From: Elsinoe ampelina
Taxonomy: Eukaryota
DNA: 64,000 nucleotides
Direction: 5' to 3'
Assembly: GCA_010093995.1 (NCBI GenBank)
Contig: ML992503.1
Location: 611,234-675,233 of the forward strand
Below the pieces are notes generated by a model. It searched no databases, was not told the origin of the DNA, and worked only from the letters and a program-made list of their open reading frames with translations. Shown one piece after another: positions 1 to 13,976 of this stretch (position 1 is its first letter; each line of letters starts with the position of its first letter). A program made the position numbers and the translations under genes.

Positions 1-1900
1 AGTAGGCCTTTAAACTTCTTACGTGTAAAGGACAAAAAGTTTATCTACGTCCGTGTACCTAAGAAATCCTTCTACTATACCTTAACTACTAGTAAATCGC
101 TATTAAGTTGTCTGTCTTAGGACAGTATAGCACGCGTATAATTAAGTAGCCCGGGTAGATATTGCTATTAAGTCTATTAATCCTTATATATACTAACTGC
201 GACCTAACTTAGTTTAGTAGTAGTTAAAGTTATAACGAGGTTACTGTCTATATTAGGCATCTACGCTAGCTATGCTTCTATCGTAGGAGTCGCTATAGAG
301 CGATTTAGTACTTTGCTTCTACACGCGAACTAAGTAGTACCTTAATACGCTATAATAGAGCGTTTAGCCTTAATTAGACACTCTTCTTAATCTATTAGTA
401 TTAAACTTAAGAAGCTAATAGGAGAATTAAGCTTACCTCTTAAAAGGTGCTTAGTAGAAGTATTTCGTACTAGTACTATATAATAGCTATTACCTCCGCT
501 ATTAGGCTTATTATTATATACCTAACTTCTCTATAAGTTAGTTCGAAGTTAGGTAGGCTAAACTAAAACGAGAAGGTATATATATACCTTTCCCTTGTAT
601 CTTCTCTATCTAATAGTCTCTCTATAGTATTAGCATAAAGAGATATATTTAACACTACTACTACGATAGTAAGTCTATTTCTCTCGACGTACTTAGTAAA
701 GCTAAGTTTTAGCTAACGAAGAATAAGAACCTATCTTAGGCTAATCTACGCTAGAAAGTTATTCTAAATACTTAGTTAGACATAATTAAGTTCTAAAGGT
801 TCTATATGTTTAAATACTAGCGTTTCCTTAGGTAAGTAGAACTTAACCCCGTTTGCTTACTTAACTAAGAGTATATAAATTATTACTAGGAGGGAGGAAA
901 TAAGAAAGAGTATTAGTTTGTTAAAGTAATAGCGAGTGCTAGCTATTATAGCTAAGCCTACACGTCCGATAAAGGCTACTTAGAAGGCTTTATATATTAA
1001 AGAACTCCTAAAGTATTTACGCTACTATATATAAGTAATTAATTAATAAGTACATCTAGCGCGTACTAAATCGCCGTCCTTATATTAGTACTTTCTTTTC
1101 TCTAGTAGCCTACGTGCCTAATTTAGTAGCTCGCTATCCTCTAGCCCCTTAGCTAGCTATTCGTAGTAGAGTATCTTACTTACTATTTATGTAATGTTAT
1201 TATAACTATAGTAGAGCGCCTCTCGGAGCTATATGTATATTAATAAGTAATTAGCTTTAGCTACGTAACTTACCTTACTAGCTATAACTACGGAAGAGTA
1301 TTTACCTATAGTTCTCTATAGATAAAGTACTAGTAGCTAGTTACGGACTAAGCGCTAGTACTATATAATTTATAGAAGTAGCTATTAATTGTCTAATGTT
1401 AGTAATATTATATTATAATCTACTTCGATAGCTATACTTATATATAGATTGTTATATACTGCCTTAAAAATATTAAGATACTAGTTTAGTACGTTCTATT
1501 GCCTTTACTTTACTATCTTAACTAGTATAGAGGCTAATATTAGGCTATTCTCGTTAGGTTATAGCTCTCTTAAACTTAGATCGAGAGTAGTAATGTCTAA
1601 TTTATACCTTCTCCTTTGTCTTTAATGTTATATTTATAGCCTACGTAGTTAGCTTAGTCTCCCTTAATACTAAAGCCTTACTCTGCTTTATCCTAGTCGA
1701 AATAACCTAAATTATTATCTTCGGAATACTTATTAGTCTTATAGTCCGAGCTATATAGGCACTAACATGCCTAAGACATCTTAGTTTATAATAGTTCTAA
1801 TAAAGAGATATATAGGTATAAGAGAGTTAGTAAGGCAGGCCGGAATAATACATACTATAAGGGGGATAGATAGTTATCTTATATGCGTTATAGTAATTTA
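1..1900 (-). pseudogene. RIP-degraded gene relic(s), product unidentified
   Basis: One minus frame reads protein-like over ~1 kb once TAG/TAA are read as Q/W. Minus-strand GTAAGT donors and CTAAC..TAG acceptors occur at ~1.17-1.44 kb. No motif recognised; boundaries approximate. Confidence 0.3.
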
Positions 1901-2299
1901 GTATTAGTTTAAGTTAGATAATAGCTTAGTTAGGTATTTAGAGTACGCAACTTTCTTCTAATTAGAATTAGTTATATCTGCCTATACCCTAAGGTAATCT
2001 TAACTAGTAAGGGTATTAAATTAGACTTATAGCTAGGTCTAACTTACGGAGTGCTAATTACTAGAAGCTAAACTAAAAAAGAAAGCTACTTAAACTTACT
2101 TAGACTAAATACTTAAACTAAATATAGCATTTGTTATTAGGTTAAGTAATAATTAGAGTAGAAATATATAGAGAGAAATTGTAGATTAAACTTAGACTAA
2201 GCAATTATATACTAATTTAAAAGACTATAGAAACTAGCTATTATATATATAGATAGGTAGTATAATTTATATAGTAGCTCTCTTATTAATTACGTTAGT

Positions 2300-3960
2300 A
2301 GTTCCCCCTTTACTAAGTAGTATATCTTCTAAGTGCTAAAAGTATTAATTGCTTACTATCTCGCTATCTAGGGTGTTTAAATAAGATACGCTAGATAGAG
2401 TAGCTTATCTTCTACTAATTATGTCGTAATAGAGGGCAAGTGTCGATTAGCTATTAGTAACTATACATAGTAATAGTAGAGTAGCACTATTAGTATAGCG
2501 TTATATACTCTTATTTAATCTAAATAAGCCTCTTAACACCTTACTAGTAAGGTCCGTAGAGGCAACGCTAAATGCGTAAAAAGCTTTACTAATATACTTC
2601 TTAAGTATATTATTCTCTCGCTAGAGTTGTCTAATTAAGCTTACATTCTTCTCCGCTATTAATTGTAATTAGCCTACTTCCTACTAAACAAGTATAATAT
2701 CTTCCTCTAGGAGTTACTATCTATTAAGCTATTTAGGCTACTAGGTCCTATGTCGCTTTTACTAGCTACTAATGTAATTATACTCTTCTCTATATATATA
2801 TAGTAGAGAGCTTCCAATTTAAGCCTCTAGCTAGTTAGGGAGACTATTAGAAGACTATACTTTAACACCTAAACAAATAAGAGAAGCCTATATACTTAAT
2901 TCTATAGTCTAGATGTTAGCTACTAGAGAAATAAGGTTAGTGTAATTAATATCTATACTTAGAAGCCTAGCCGAAAGATACTAATAGACTTGATAGATTA
3001 ATAGTAGAAGGATAGATAAGTAATTCTAAAGGGCAATTTAGTTAAAAGGCAAGAAAGAATAAAGCGTAGTAAACGAACTAAAACTCTAAGGTTTAGTAGT
3101 AGGTACGGCTTAGCGTAGATTACTCTACTACTTTTTAGTTCGACTTAGTCTACTACTAGACTATTCTCCTTTATGCTTGCTTCGGCTAGATGCTTTCCTT
3201 AATCTCGTTGCCTTATTAGGATATAAAGAGGTAAACTATGTAATATCTTAGACAAGATAATAGTCTTAAACTAGATAGTATTCTCTATTATAGTAAAATA
3301 TAGCGTTCTATCGTCCTTCTAACCTATAACATCGCTTTACTTGTTATATATATAGTAGTCTGTTATAATTAATATTACCCTTAGCTAATTAAACTTAATA
3401 TCTATATCCTTCTTAGATATAGTAGTTGTAGCTTTATAACGTATAAGTAGAAGATCTCTAATTAAGTAGACAGGACGTATCTCTCTATCCTTATAAACTA
3501 CTAATAGTATGTCGTCTAGTCGATTAAAGAGTAAAGGCGCTTATAATTGTAATTAGCAATTCGAGGATTTATTCGAGGTAAGTATATTAGTACTATTTTA
3601 CGCTCCTCTAGACTTATATAATCTTAAGTGTAACTATACCTGCTAACGTCTAAAATTAGTACTTATCTTATAGATAAGAGCACGGAAGGTAGCTTAACTA
3701 TCGCTACTCTCTAAGAGCTCTATTATACGCCGAAACGTATACCGAATGTTATTACTATCTAGTACTACTAGAAGCACCTTCTTCTCTAACCTTCTCCTAT
3801 TAGAAATTGACCTAAATATTCTTCTAACTATGCCTTTGCCTATTATAATATCCTCTAAGAGACTATATAAGTCTCTATAGCCTTTATCGTTAAGGGCGAG
3901 AGCTTACTTAATAGCTTTAATTAAGCATATTACTAGTTAATAAGAAGTAGATATAGGTAT
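2300..3960 (-). pseudogene. RIP-degraded gene relic, product unidentified
   Basis: Protein-like minus frame after de-RIP (e.g. IKAIKQALALDDKGYRDL.. at ~3.9 kb). No family recognised. Confidence 0.25.
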
Positions 3961-4190
3961 AGCTACGGAGGGGAAGAGAGAAGTAGAAGTAGAAGAGTAG
4001 CAGTATAGGTAGCAATTCGGTGCAAGTGTTACTTACGATAGATAAGCCTTAGATCTTAGTTTACTTACGAGAGAGACATATTAGAATTGTACTTAGTTAT
4101 AATTAGTTAGCCTAAACTAATACTTGTAGAACTATAAAGTTTAACGCGCTAAACTTTATCTCCTCTTAGTTTTATTATATACTTATTATA

Positions 4191-4990
4191 TAGTGATATA
4201 ACTATATTATAAATATAATTTGTAATAACGTCTTAGTTTACGCTCTCTACTTACACTAACCTAAACGTAGGTATTAGCGTCCCTAGTATAACCTTTTCTC
4301 TCCTCTCTATCTAACCTTAATAATAGCTAGCTATCTATTATAGTAGATTTCTACGCCTAGTACACTACAATTATCAATTGTTATATATACTATAGCAACT
4401 CTAATATTTACTCTCGCCTTGCTATTGCTACTACTTCTAATAGCATTCTCTATACTAGCTATATTATGTTTGTAGGATTAACTACTACTAGTACCTAGTA
4501 GTTACGCCGGAGTAAATCTATTATAGTATACCTCTCTATCTTGCCTACTACGCTACTATAGGCTTAAGGGTATATAAGGAGACTTCGATATCTCTTTCCC
4601 TCTCCCTACTACTACTGCCCTCTATAGCTTCCTTTATACTAGCTATGTATTATTAGTAGGATTAGCTACTATCTCTACCTAGTAGCTACGACTAAGCGAA
4701 TCTATCGCGGAGCATCTCTTAATCTTATAGATAGCGCTACTAGGGGTTCTAGCGTATGTAAAGAGAGTAGAGAAGCTAGCGTCTACTAGGAATTACCTAC
4801 CTTATAGTATAAGAATATTAAGGGGAGAATTATAGAGAAATAACTAATATAACAAAGAGAAAGAGATAGAGGTATATCGTAGGCAAAGATACATCTACTA
4901 CCTTCTACTAGATAGTAGCTTACTATAGAAGGCGTTATAGGCGGAGCTATATTAGTAGTATTCTCTTTTATAATTACTTTTATAGCGGAG
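4191..4990 (+). repeat. ~800-bp direct repeat, copy A (copy B at 11,364-12,162); contains an internal ~180-bp tandem duplication
   Basis: Aligns base for base with 11,364-12,162 (offset ~7,172), and differences are mostly C/T and G/A. The internal unit TATACTAGCTAT..GTAGGATTA.CTACTA..TACCTAGTAG occurs twice. Confidence 0.9.
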
Positions 4991-5789
4991 TTTTGTTATT
5001 AGTAGCGCTTTGTTATAACTTTCTTACGTTAGTAATATACTTCTTTCTATATAGATTATATACCTATTACTTTAATCTCTCTCCTCTAACTAGTAAACAA
5101 AATCTCCTTATCTAATATGTATAAGTATACTATATATCTTTCTTTATTTCTTGTTATTTATCTTGTCTCCTGTCTACTATAAAGATATTAAGGTTATTAC
5201 TTTATACAATAATACTCTTTATTAAATAGTCCACTAGCTGTTTAGAGCATATATAACTTTATATATAGTACTAACATATAAGCGTTTAGTATAGTTAATT
5301 ACTTTAATACTAATTTTCTACAATAATTAGTACTTATAATATTCTCTAATAGCTGTGTTTTATTTGCTTACCTAATTTACGCCCTATAATATTTGTTAGT
5401 AGTAAACTAACTTATTTACTTTTAGTTCTAGTATCGACCTAATATTAGTAATTATTATATGTTACTATTAGCACGTACGAAATATAGACTTAGTTAACCT
5501 AGTTTACTTTTAGGTCGAGGCCTAAACTAGATCTTAGTTATAAGTATACTACTTACTTTAGTATACTATCTTAAATACAAATTTTATTATATTTAAGAAG
5601 TTACTACCTACTTTCTATATAGCATTTTAACATTATACTAGGTAGTAGATATTTATAATTACTGCTATTTACTCTATAGCGCTTAACTTACTACGCTTAG
5701 TTCCTAGCTATATAATCTTAACCCCTCTAACCTTATCTACCTTATATAACGCCTTTACTAGTAGACATTCTTATACTTATTAAATATAT

Positions 5790-7083
5790 ATAATAGTACT
5801 ATACTACTAAAGACAAAGAAGCTAAAGGTCGCTACTAAACCTATAGAAAAGATTCTACTTAATAACCTTACGCTAGCTCTTGTTAAGAATATACTTTATA
5901 ATAACAATATTAGTAAGAAATCTATCTAATTCTTCTTTAATTAGGATAACTAGTAATACTCTACTACGTTTACAAGGATAAAGGAAATAATCTTAAAAGT
6001 CTTTATAGAATCTAATATTAAAATTAAGAAATAAGACAGAAGCGAGTTATATAATCCTAAGGTACTTAAAGCACACCTTAAAATTAAAACTAGGCTACTA
6101 AATAGCACGCCTAACAATTTCTAGCTCTTTGTCGACTAACTAGATCGAAAAGATCTAGACTAGTTTAAGGAGAACTTACGGACTATAGTTAATATCGACG
6201 AGATAAAAGCTATATAGCGATTATTCCGAAATACTATATAATTAATAAGGGCAAATCTCCTGTCGGTTAAAAGGGAAAGAATAACGTTACTAGGCGAAGG
6301 AGGTACCTAGAGTCTATATCCTTTAGCTACCTCGTCCGTATAGACACTAACGCTCTCCTAAGTAAGAATACTATCCTTAGAGAGACATATAACTTATATA
6401 AAGACAAGCAATAAAAGATTAGATTTATATATATAGCCTCGTTATAGAATATTTAGCTTTAACTAGGGGCTAGTATCTAATTATGTCTAGATTAATATCG
6501 AATTTGCTACGATCTAGATTATAGAGATTATCGAAGTAGACACTATCCCGTATCTAATATTAAGAAAGAACATTCGCGTCTATAACTTAAGAAAGCCTAG
6601 TACTAGCAAGGATAAGAATTATTACGTTAATTACTACATTAGTAAGCTTAGGTAGATCCTTAACATTAGAGGTAATTACCTCTAACTCTACTAGCTTAAC
6701 GCATATAACTCCGTATAAGTCTTTACTATTAAAGACTCTTTCGATCTAGACGCCGCTATTACTAAGTATATTATAACTCTTATCCCTAGTGCCTATAAGA
6801 TCTTTCTCTATCTTACTCCTTCTATAGTATCTATTAAAGATCTTCCCGACTTTATACGAAGTAAGTTTATCTCTTTCCTGTTTATTTATATATACTAATA
6901 CTTATAGATAACCCTTATTAATATTGTAGTAGCTAGCGACTACTTCCTATAGCTAAGGCTACTATAGAAGAGGACTCGGAAGTGTTTCTTACTCCTAAGA
7001 AGCTTCGCTTTATAGATATTAATACTAATAAGAAGCGTAAAGGAGATTAGTAGAAAGAGAATATTATAATATAGGACGTTTAA
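5790..7083 (+). pseudogene. RIP-degraded spliced gene relic, product unidentified
   Basis: Long protein-like plus frame after de-RIP (KTKKLKVATKP.EKILL..). Canonical 47-nt intron at 6,861-6,907 (GTAAGT..CTAAT..TAG). Confidence 0.4.
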
Positions 7084-7479
7084 TACCTGCGATAGCGACT
7101 AAACTACTAAAGGCAAGAGTAGTAATACTACTATATTTTATTTACTATTATGTTATTTATAAAACTATTTAGTTCTTAACTAATAAAGTTTTATTTAGCT
7201 CGTTCTACCCCTAAGAGGCTATAGCTCCTATAAATCCTACAATTTCTATTATTGTTATTAGAAGCAAACTTGCTTAATAGTTCTATAACTATAGCTAGAC
7301 GGATTTTAACCGACCTAGCGACTTAGTTCGGGGTATAGTCTTACTTTATATAGTTTTAGAAGAATATAGCTCCTTCTCCTCTACTAGAAGAACATAGCCT
7401 ATTTAGACTATAGTATATGCCGCCGAGGCGCTATCTATATTCCTACTACTTTAATAGCTTAAAGGATATTATATAAGCT

Positions 7480-9675
7480 ACTATATACCTAAGGCCGGCT
7501 ATCTATCTAGATAAATATAATCTCTCGGAGCTCTCTAATACCTCTCCTAAGTTCTACTTTGTTACTAGTGACTTTCTATAGCTCGCCTAGCACGCTATAA
7601 CGTATTAGAGTAAAGAGAGTAAGTCCGAGAAGATAATAACTTACTTCTACTAACACGAGATTAATATTAGTATTAAAAAAGTAATATGTTCTTAATATTA
7701 TTAATAATAAAAACGAAGTAATACTACTATAGATATAATAGACTAGAGCGTTTAATAATAAGTAAAACAAGTTAGCGGAATAAGATCTTATCCCCTATTA
7801 TAGTAGAAGTAATAGTATAAGTTTTAGTTCTATACTAAACTTAGAGTTAACTAAATTAAATAAGAATAGTATAGTGCTATAAAGGAGCGTATAGGCGTTA
7901 CTACTAATACAGTTATTAGGCTTTACTCTTGTATACTAGTGAGGTTTATATATAGCATACTCGAAAGTTAATAAAGAATTCCCGCTAACTATTATTAGTT
8001 CTAGCTACTACCTCCTAACAAATAGCAAAGACACTTTAGGTTAGGTTACGCCTCTTAACTAAGTATAAACTTAAGTTAGTTTAGTTAGCCTAAAACTAGA
8101 GATAAACTTATTTTATATTAGAGTAGATAAGTCCTTTAAGGGAATACTATAATGCCTAGCTATCTTATACTTCTTCTCGTTAGGCAATTACTACTTAGTA
8201 TTAGTATAGCTCTACTAACTATATATGTAGGTTTAGTATTAAGCTTAATATTTAATATAAGGTCGATTATACTAAGAGAAAGGAATTAGATACCTACTAC
8301 TTAACGAAGACAGCTTCGACATAGTAGAGCTAGTCTCTATCTATAGGCGGTAAAGACGTACCTATTACAAAGAATAAGAGAGGATAAACTAGACACGATT
8401 TAACTTAATATTACTATATAATATAATAAGAGGTAGCTCTCCGCCTATGTAAAAGTAATGTAAGAATAGTTAAAGCCTATTATAGCTCCCTTTTCGTAAA
8501 TATAATAGTCACTTCTTGTTTCTAGTTTAAAATCTTCATATTAGTCCCTATATAGATAGCTAGACTTCTATTTATTCCTCTTAATATATATCTTAACCTA
8601 ATTATAAAACATCTAGTAGCTACGCTTACTTTTATATCTTATTAGGTTTGAGATATTCCTAACTAGAACTCTAAAGTTTCGATCGAGAATAGATATCTTA
8701 TTTCTTTAGTAGTACTATATATATAAATTACTTCGCATATAGGGGAGTATACCTTAACTACAATTATAAAGACGCTATATAGGAGAGAGTAGCATAAGAT
8801 AATATTTATATTTAATAAGTAAAAGGAACCTAGAGGTAATTATACTAGATATTATTGTAAGCTTACTTTATTTACTCTACTACCTTACTAGTATAGGAAG
8901 AGTAATAATATCAACTAATATTATAGTAGAGGCTATAGACACTCCTTAGACTTTGTACCCCGAGCCGAAGTAGTAAATAAGCATATAGCTAGCGCTACGC
9001 TAGATTAGAAATATAGGGCCTTTATGTTATTATTCTTAAGATTATAGAACGGAAAGCCTATAGTTAGAAGACTAAGAGGTAGTAAGGGATTATTCGTATA
9101 TATAACTCTATAGCGCTAGCGGCAGCTACGGTAGTTAGTTTAACTTAGTTAGTCTAGTTCGGTCGTTACTAATAAGAGAGCTACATCTATAATAACTTAA
9201 GAGAATTCCGAATAGCTAAGCTATCGGGATTAGTAAGAGCACTAAAGTCGTCGTTATCGATTATAGAGAGAAGTCTATAGTAAGCTACGTAGGCATTATT
9301 AGAGTAGCTATATTAAAGTAAACCTACTTCGAGAAGGCTACACTAGTTAGTTTATAACTAAGAATAGTATATAGTTCTATAACAAGTAGAGTACTAGTAC
9401 TTCTACCTTAATAGTGTAACTTCGCTTAATACGAAGTTAGTATATAGATCTAATTATTATAGTAGGCTTCCGATAGTGCCTTAGAGAATATAACATTCGC
9501 TAGCGTAGATATAATAATAGCGTTTATGCTTAAGCTAACTATACTATTCTATCGGCCGAAGAAGTAGATTAACTATAGCTACGATACACTAACGATAATA
9601 TAGAAGGTTATATAAGATAATATAGCGAAGCGGACGAACTAAAAGCATAGTTGTTTAAACTAATAGAGGAGTAAT
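7480..9675 (+). pseudogene. Highly diverged paralog of the SNF2 helicase relic at 14.4-16.9 kb
   Basis: The C-terminus AFMLKLT.LFYRPKKQIN..IIQKVI (~9.52-9.61 kb) matches AFIIKLIALFYRPLEQLN..IIQKVI (~16.73-16.82 kb). The same intron donor GTTAGTTT lies at 9,134 vs 16,346. Scattered collinear matches occur at ~7.2-kb offset. Helicase motifs are not recognisable in this copy. Confidence 0.55.
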
Positions 9676-10150
9676 AGCAAATTATTAGTTTATCCTTATT
9701 AAGATCGGTTAAGGAAATACCTACAATTTTTACCTAAAAAGTACTAGTTTTAGTTTAGTAAACTAATCGACTACCCCTAACAGATTAACTATAGGCATAA
9801 ACGACCTAACGTTATATAGCTAAGGCGTCTTTATATACTACTATTGCTATTTTTTCGTAGAGGCTATTTATAACTAACTTATTATAATACTAGCGACAAG
9901 TTAAGATATAAGATAGTAAGAGCTATAAATCGTTTACTAGCTAAAATTATTGTACCTACGTAGTACTCTCTGTTTTATAATTGCTATAAAAGCCTCTACT
10001 AAGAACAATAGCGTAATAATAGCTAATTAAGTATAGTATTTAACATTGTCCTTAAGTAAGAAACGGCTAACAAACTCTATCGCTTAGATATATTAGAGTA
10101 AACTCTATCTCGACGTGTCTAGTACTATAGCATAGATACAATTTTAGCTT

Positions 10151-10663
10151 TAGTCTACTAACGCTATATAATAGCTTAGTTCTATTAGCTCTACTACGAA
10201 TTATAGTAAATAAGAACTAAACTAAGTAACAAGGTAAAAACGATAGCCTATAGCTAGTGTTAGGTGTCCTTCCCCCTTTGCCTACTATATAGTATAGTAT
10301 AGTAGATAATCCTCTTAGTCTCTTTACTAACCTCGACCCTCGACCTCTAGTATATAGAACGGATAGTAATAGTAATAGTAGGCTTAATAGCAACATACAT
10401 AAGAAAGAGAAGAGTATAGACGAGGTTATAATAGAAGACACGTACGAGAAAGAGTAAGTAATTATAGTAAGCACAACTAGTAGCACGTCTATAGAGCGGA
10501 GTACTAGGAGGTTATCCTTATATAGTAGAGCTATATCCGATCGTACTACGTTCGAGATAGTAACTAGTATACTAGCTAGTAGCGAGGAGTTAGTAATAGA
10601 TATAGTTTATTCTTAGTTTACATTAACTAATCTTATCTAGATCTCTCTAAGTCTATAATATAT
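10151..10663 (+). repeat. ~510-bp direct repeat, copy A (copy B at 17,371-17,883); likely 5' part of the transposase gene
   Basis: Near-identical to 17,371-17,883 (offset 7,220). The paralogous antisense ORFs 10217..10486 and 17449..17769 in the ORF track reflect it. Confidence 0.9.
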
Positions 10664-11047
10664 TCTTCGCCCTAAGCGATTAATAAGATATAGCTTAGCT
10701 AGAGACTCTTAGCTTAGCGCTCTAATGTTTAATAAAAGGCAAGCTACTAACTTAGATAGATAATTTTAATTCGAGTTAGATCGTCGTAGTAGAAGTGCCT
10801 TCTAGTAGGATATACTTGCTATAGACTACTAGCCTCTATATAATGTTCTAATAAATCTACTTCTACCTACGTAAGGGTACTAAAGATACATCTAAGTTAT
10901 ATATATAAAGGCTATAGTAGTCTAACTAATAGTAAAACAGTGTTTACTAGTAGGAAGCTTACTCGGCTTAAATTTAGTAGTATAAATCGTCGCTTTGCTC
11001 TATCTCTAGCATGTTATATATAGCAGTAGTAGAGGGCAGCTAGCAAG

Positions 11048-11236
11048 GGACGGCTAGTAGTTTATTACGTCGAACTAACAATTTCTTAGTTCTCTCTCTT
11101 AAAGTTTAAAGATAACTTAAAATTTTAACCTAACTATAGCCGGTAGAGGACAGCTAGTAGTTTATTACATCGAACTAATAATTTCTTAGTCTCCTCTCTC
11201 GAAGTTTAAGAATGATTTAAAATTTTAACCTAACTA
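11048..11236 (+). repeat. 100-bp tandem repeat, ~1.9 units
   Basis: GGAC(G/A)GCTAGTAGTTTATTAC..AAAATTTTAACCTAACTA starts at 11,048 and again at 11,148. Confidence 0.9.
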
Positions 11237-11363
11237 GATTAAGTACTCCTTAGAACTTAATTACGTAATACTATCTAATTATGTTCTTCTCTAAAGTTAA
11301 GTATTATATGTTTAGAGACTTATAATCTTTATAGCATTATAAACGCGTCGTAAACTCTATTTA

Positions 11364-12162
11364 TAGCGACACAACTATATTGTAGATATAATTTACTATA
11401 ACGCCTTAGTTTACACTCTTTGCTTACACCGACCTAAATATAGATATTAGTGTCCCTAGTATAACCTTTTCCCTCCTCTCTATCTAACCTCGATAATAGC
11501 TAGCTATCTATTATAGTAGATCTCCCGCCTAGTATACTATAATTATCTATTACTATATATATAATAGCGACTCTAACATTTACTCCTATATTGCTGTCGC
11601 TACTACTTCTAATAGTATCTTCTATACTAGCTATGTTATATTTATAGGATTAACTACTACTAGTACCTAGTAGTTACGCTAGAGCAAATCTATTATAGTA
11701 TACCTCTCTATCTTACCTACTACGCTACTATAGGCTTAAGGGTGTATAAGGAGACTCTAATACCTCTTTCTTTCTCCTCGCTACTACTACCCTCTATAGC
11801 TTCTTTTACACTAGCTATGTATTATTAGTAGGACTAGCTACTATCTCTACCTAGTAGCTATAACTAAGCAAATCTATTACGGAGCATCTCTTAATCTTAT
11901 AGATAGCGCTACTAGAGGTTCTAGCGTACGTAAAGAGAGTAAAGAAGCTAGTATCTACTAGGGATTATCTACCTTATAGTATAAGAATGTTAAGGGGAGA
12001 ATTATAGAGGAATAACTAGTATAACAAAGAGAAAGAGACGGAGGAATATTGCAGGCAAAGATACATCTACTACCTCCTACTAGATAGTAGCTTACTATAG
12101 AGAGCGTTATAGGCAGAGCTATACTAGTAGCGTTCTCTCTCGCTATTGCCTTCCTAGTAGAG
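11364..12162 (+). repeat. ~800-bp direct repeat, copy B
   Basis: Matches 4,191-4,990. Confidence 0.9.
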
Positions 12163-13026
12163 CTAGGCGAGGAATAAAGTATATTTATAATTATGTAGAA
12201 TGTACTGTTAACTGCCCGTTCCGTAGAATGTATAGCCTTTACTCTACTCTACTACTTAATTCTGTATATAGTAATTATAAAGTCTAGATAATTAGATAGT
12301 AGTATATTACTTTCTTTATTCCTTTACTAGTATCTATAAGCTATACTATACGCTATATATACTATGCCCTTTATTCCGCTATAGGCTACTAACTACCTTC
12401 TATTTATGTTCTATTACTATTATCCTTTATATACAAATACTAGTTTCGCTATTAAAATATTGTTTAATTATTTTACGTTAACTGCTACTATATTCCCTCT
12501 ATTTATTAGACTATTATCCCTTAAGATCTACCCTAAACACAACAATAGTATCCTTAGTGCGTATAGTATATAAAATAAAAGGTAACTAAGTATACGGACT
12601 ATAGTTACTCTTAGTTTAGTGTCTAAACTAAGTAATCTACTATTACATGTACGCTATATCTAGTATACTACTACGTGCTTAGTTTAGGGCCCGACCTAAG
12701 TTAACTAAATTTAGGTTACTTCTTTCCTTAATTACTTTAGTTTACCTTTTTTTATACTCTCTTATATATAAACAAATAACTTATATAGCTCTTTAGTATT
12801 TCTTTAACCTCTTTAACTTCTCTTTTAAGCGCTCTTTACTTAAATATCTCCTCTTTAGTTAAGTCTTAGTTAGGTATATATTACGAAGTGTATAGACCTA
12901 CTACGTTAATAAATCCTCTCCTTAATTCTTTTAAACTTATAAATACGTAACACCTTTATAGAATCTCTTCTTTAATATCTACTATACCTACTTAACCTAT
13001 TTACTAGATATTATTCTAAGCTTTAT

Positions 13027-13976
13027 NNNNNNNNNNNNNNNNNNNNNNNNNNNNNNNNNNNNNNNNNNNNNNNNNNNNNNNNNNNNNNNNNNNNNNNNNN
13101 NNNNNNNNNNNNNNNNNNNNNNNNNNNNNNNNNNNNNNNNNNNNNNNNNNNNNNNNNNNNNNNNNNNNNNNNNNNNNNNNNNNNNNNNNNNNNNNNNNNN
13201 NNNNNNNNNNNNNNNNNNNNNNNNNNNNNNNNNNNNNNNNNNNNNNNNNNNNNNNNNNNNNNNNNNNNNNNNNNNNNNNNNNNNNNNNNNNNNNNNNNNN
13301 NNNNNNNNNNNNNNNNNNNNNNNNNNNNNNNNNNNNNNNNNNNNNNNNNNNNNNNNNNNNNNNNNNNNNNNNNNNNNNNNNNNNNNNNNNNNNNNNNNNN
13401 NNNNNNNNNNNNNNNNNNNNNNNNNNNNNNNNNNNNNNNNNNNNNNNNNNNNNNNNNNNNNNNNNNNNNNNNNNNNNNNNNNNNNNNNNNNNNNNNNNNN
13501 NNNNNNNNNNNNNNNNNNNNNNNNNNNNNNNNNNNNNNNNNNNNNNNNNNNNNNNNNNNNNNNNNNNNNNNNNNNNNNNNNNNNNNNNNNNNNNNNNNNN
13601 NNNNNNNNNNNNNNNNNNNNNNNNNNNNNNNNNNNNNNNNNNNNNNNNNNNNNNNNNNNNNNNNNNNNNNNNNNNNNNNNNNNNNNNNNNNNNNNNNNNN
13701 NNNNNNNNNNNNNNNNNNNNNNNNNNNNNNNNNNNNNNNNNNNNNNNNNNNNNNNNNNNNNNNNNNNNNNNNNNNNNNNNNNNNNNNNNNNNNNNNNNNN
13801 NNNNNNNNNNNNNNNNNNNNNNNNNNNNNNNNNNNNNNNNNNNNNNNNNNNNNNNNNNNNNNNNNNNNNNNNNNNNNNNNNNNNNNNNNNNNNNNNNNNN
13901 NNNNNNNNNNNNNNNNNNNNNNNNNNNNNNNNNNNNNNNNNNNNNNNNNNNNNNNNNNNNNNNNNNNNNNNNNNNN
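13027..13976. other. Assembly gap (950 N)
   Basis: Run of n characters. Confidence 1.

Noticed and set aside
10938..10942. CAGTG as a second CACTA-type terminus
   Set aside because: The preceding sequence does not resemble the 23,480-23,638 end, and a 5-mer alone is insufficient.
4191..12162. The 800-bp direct repeats as an LTR pair
   Set aside because: No RT, integrase or PPT recognised between them, and homology continues collinearly beyond the repeats, so they are part of a larger duplication.
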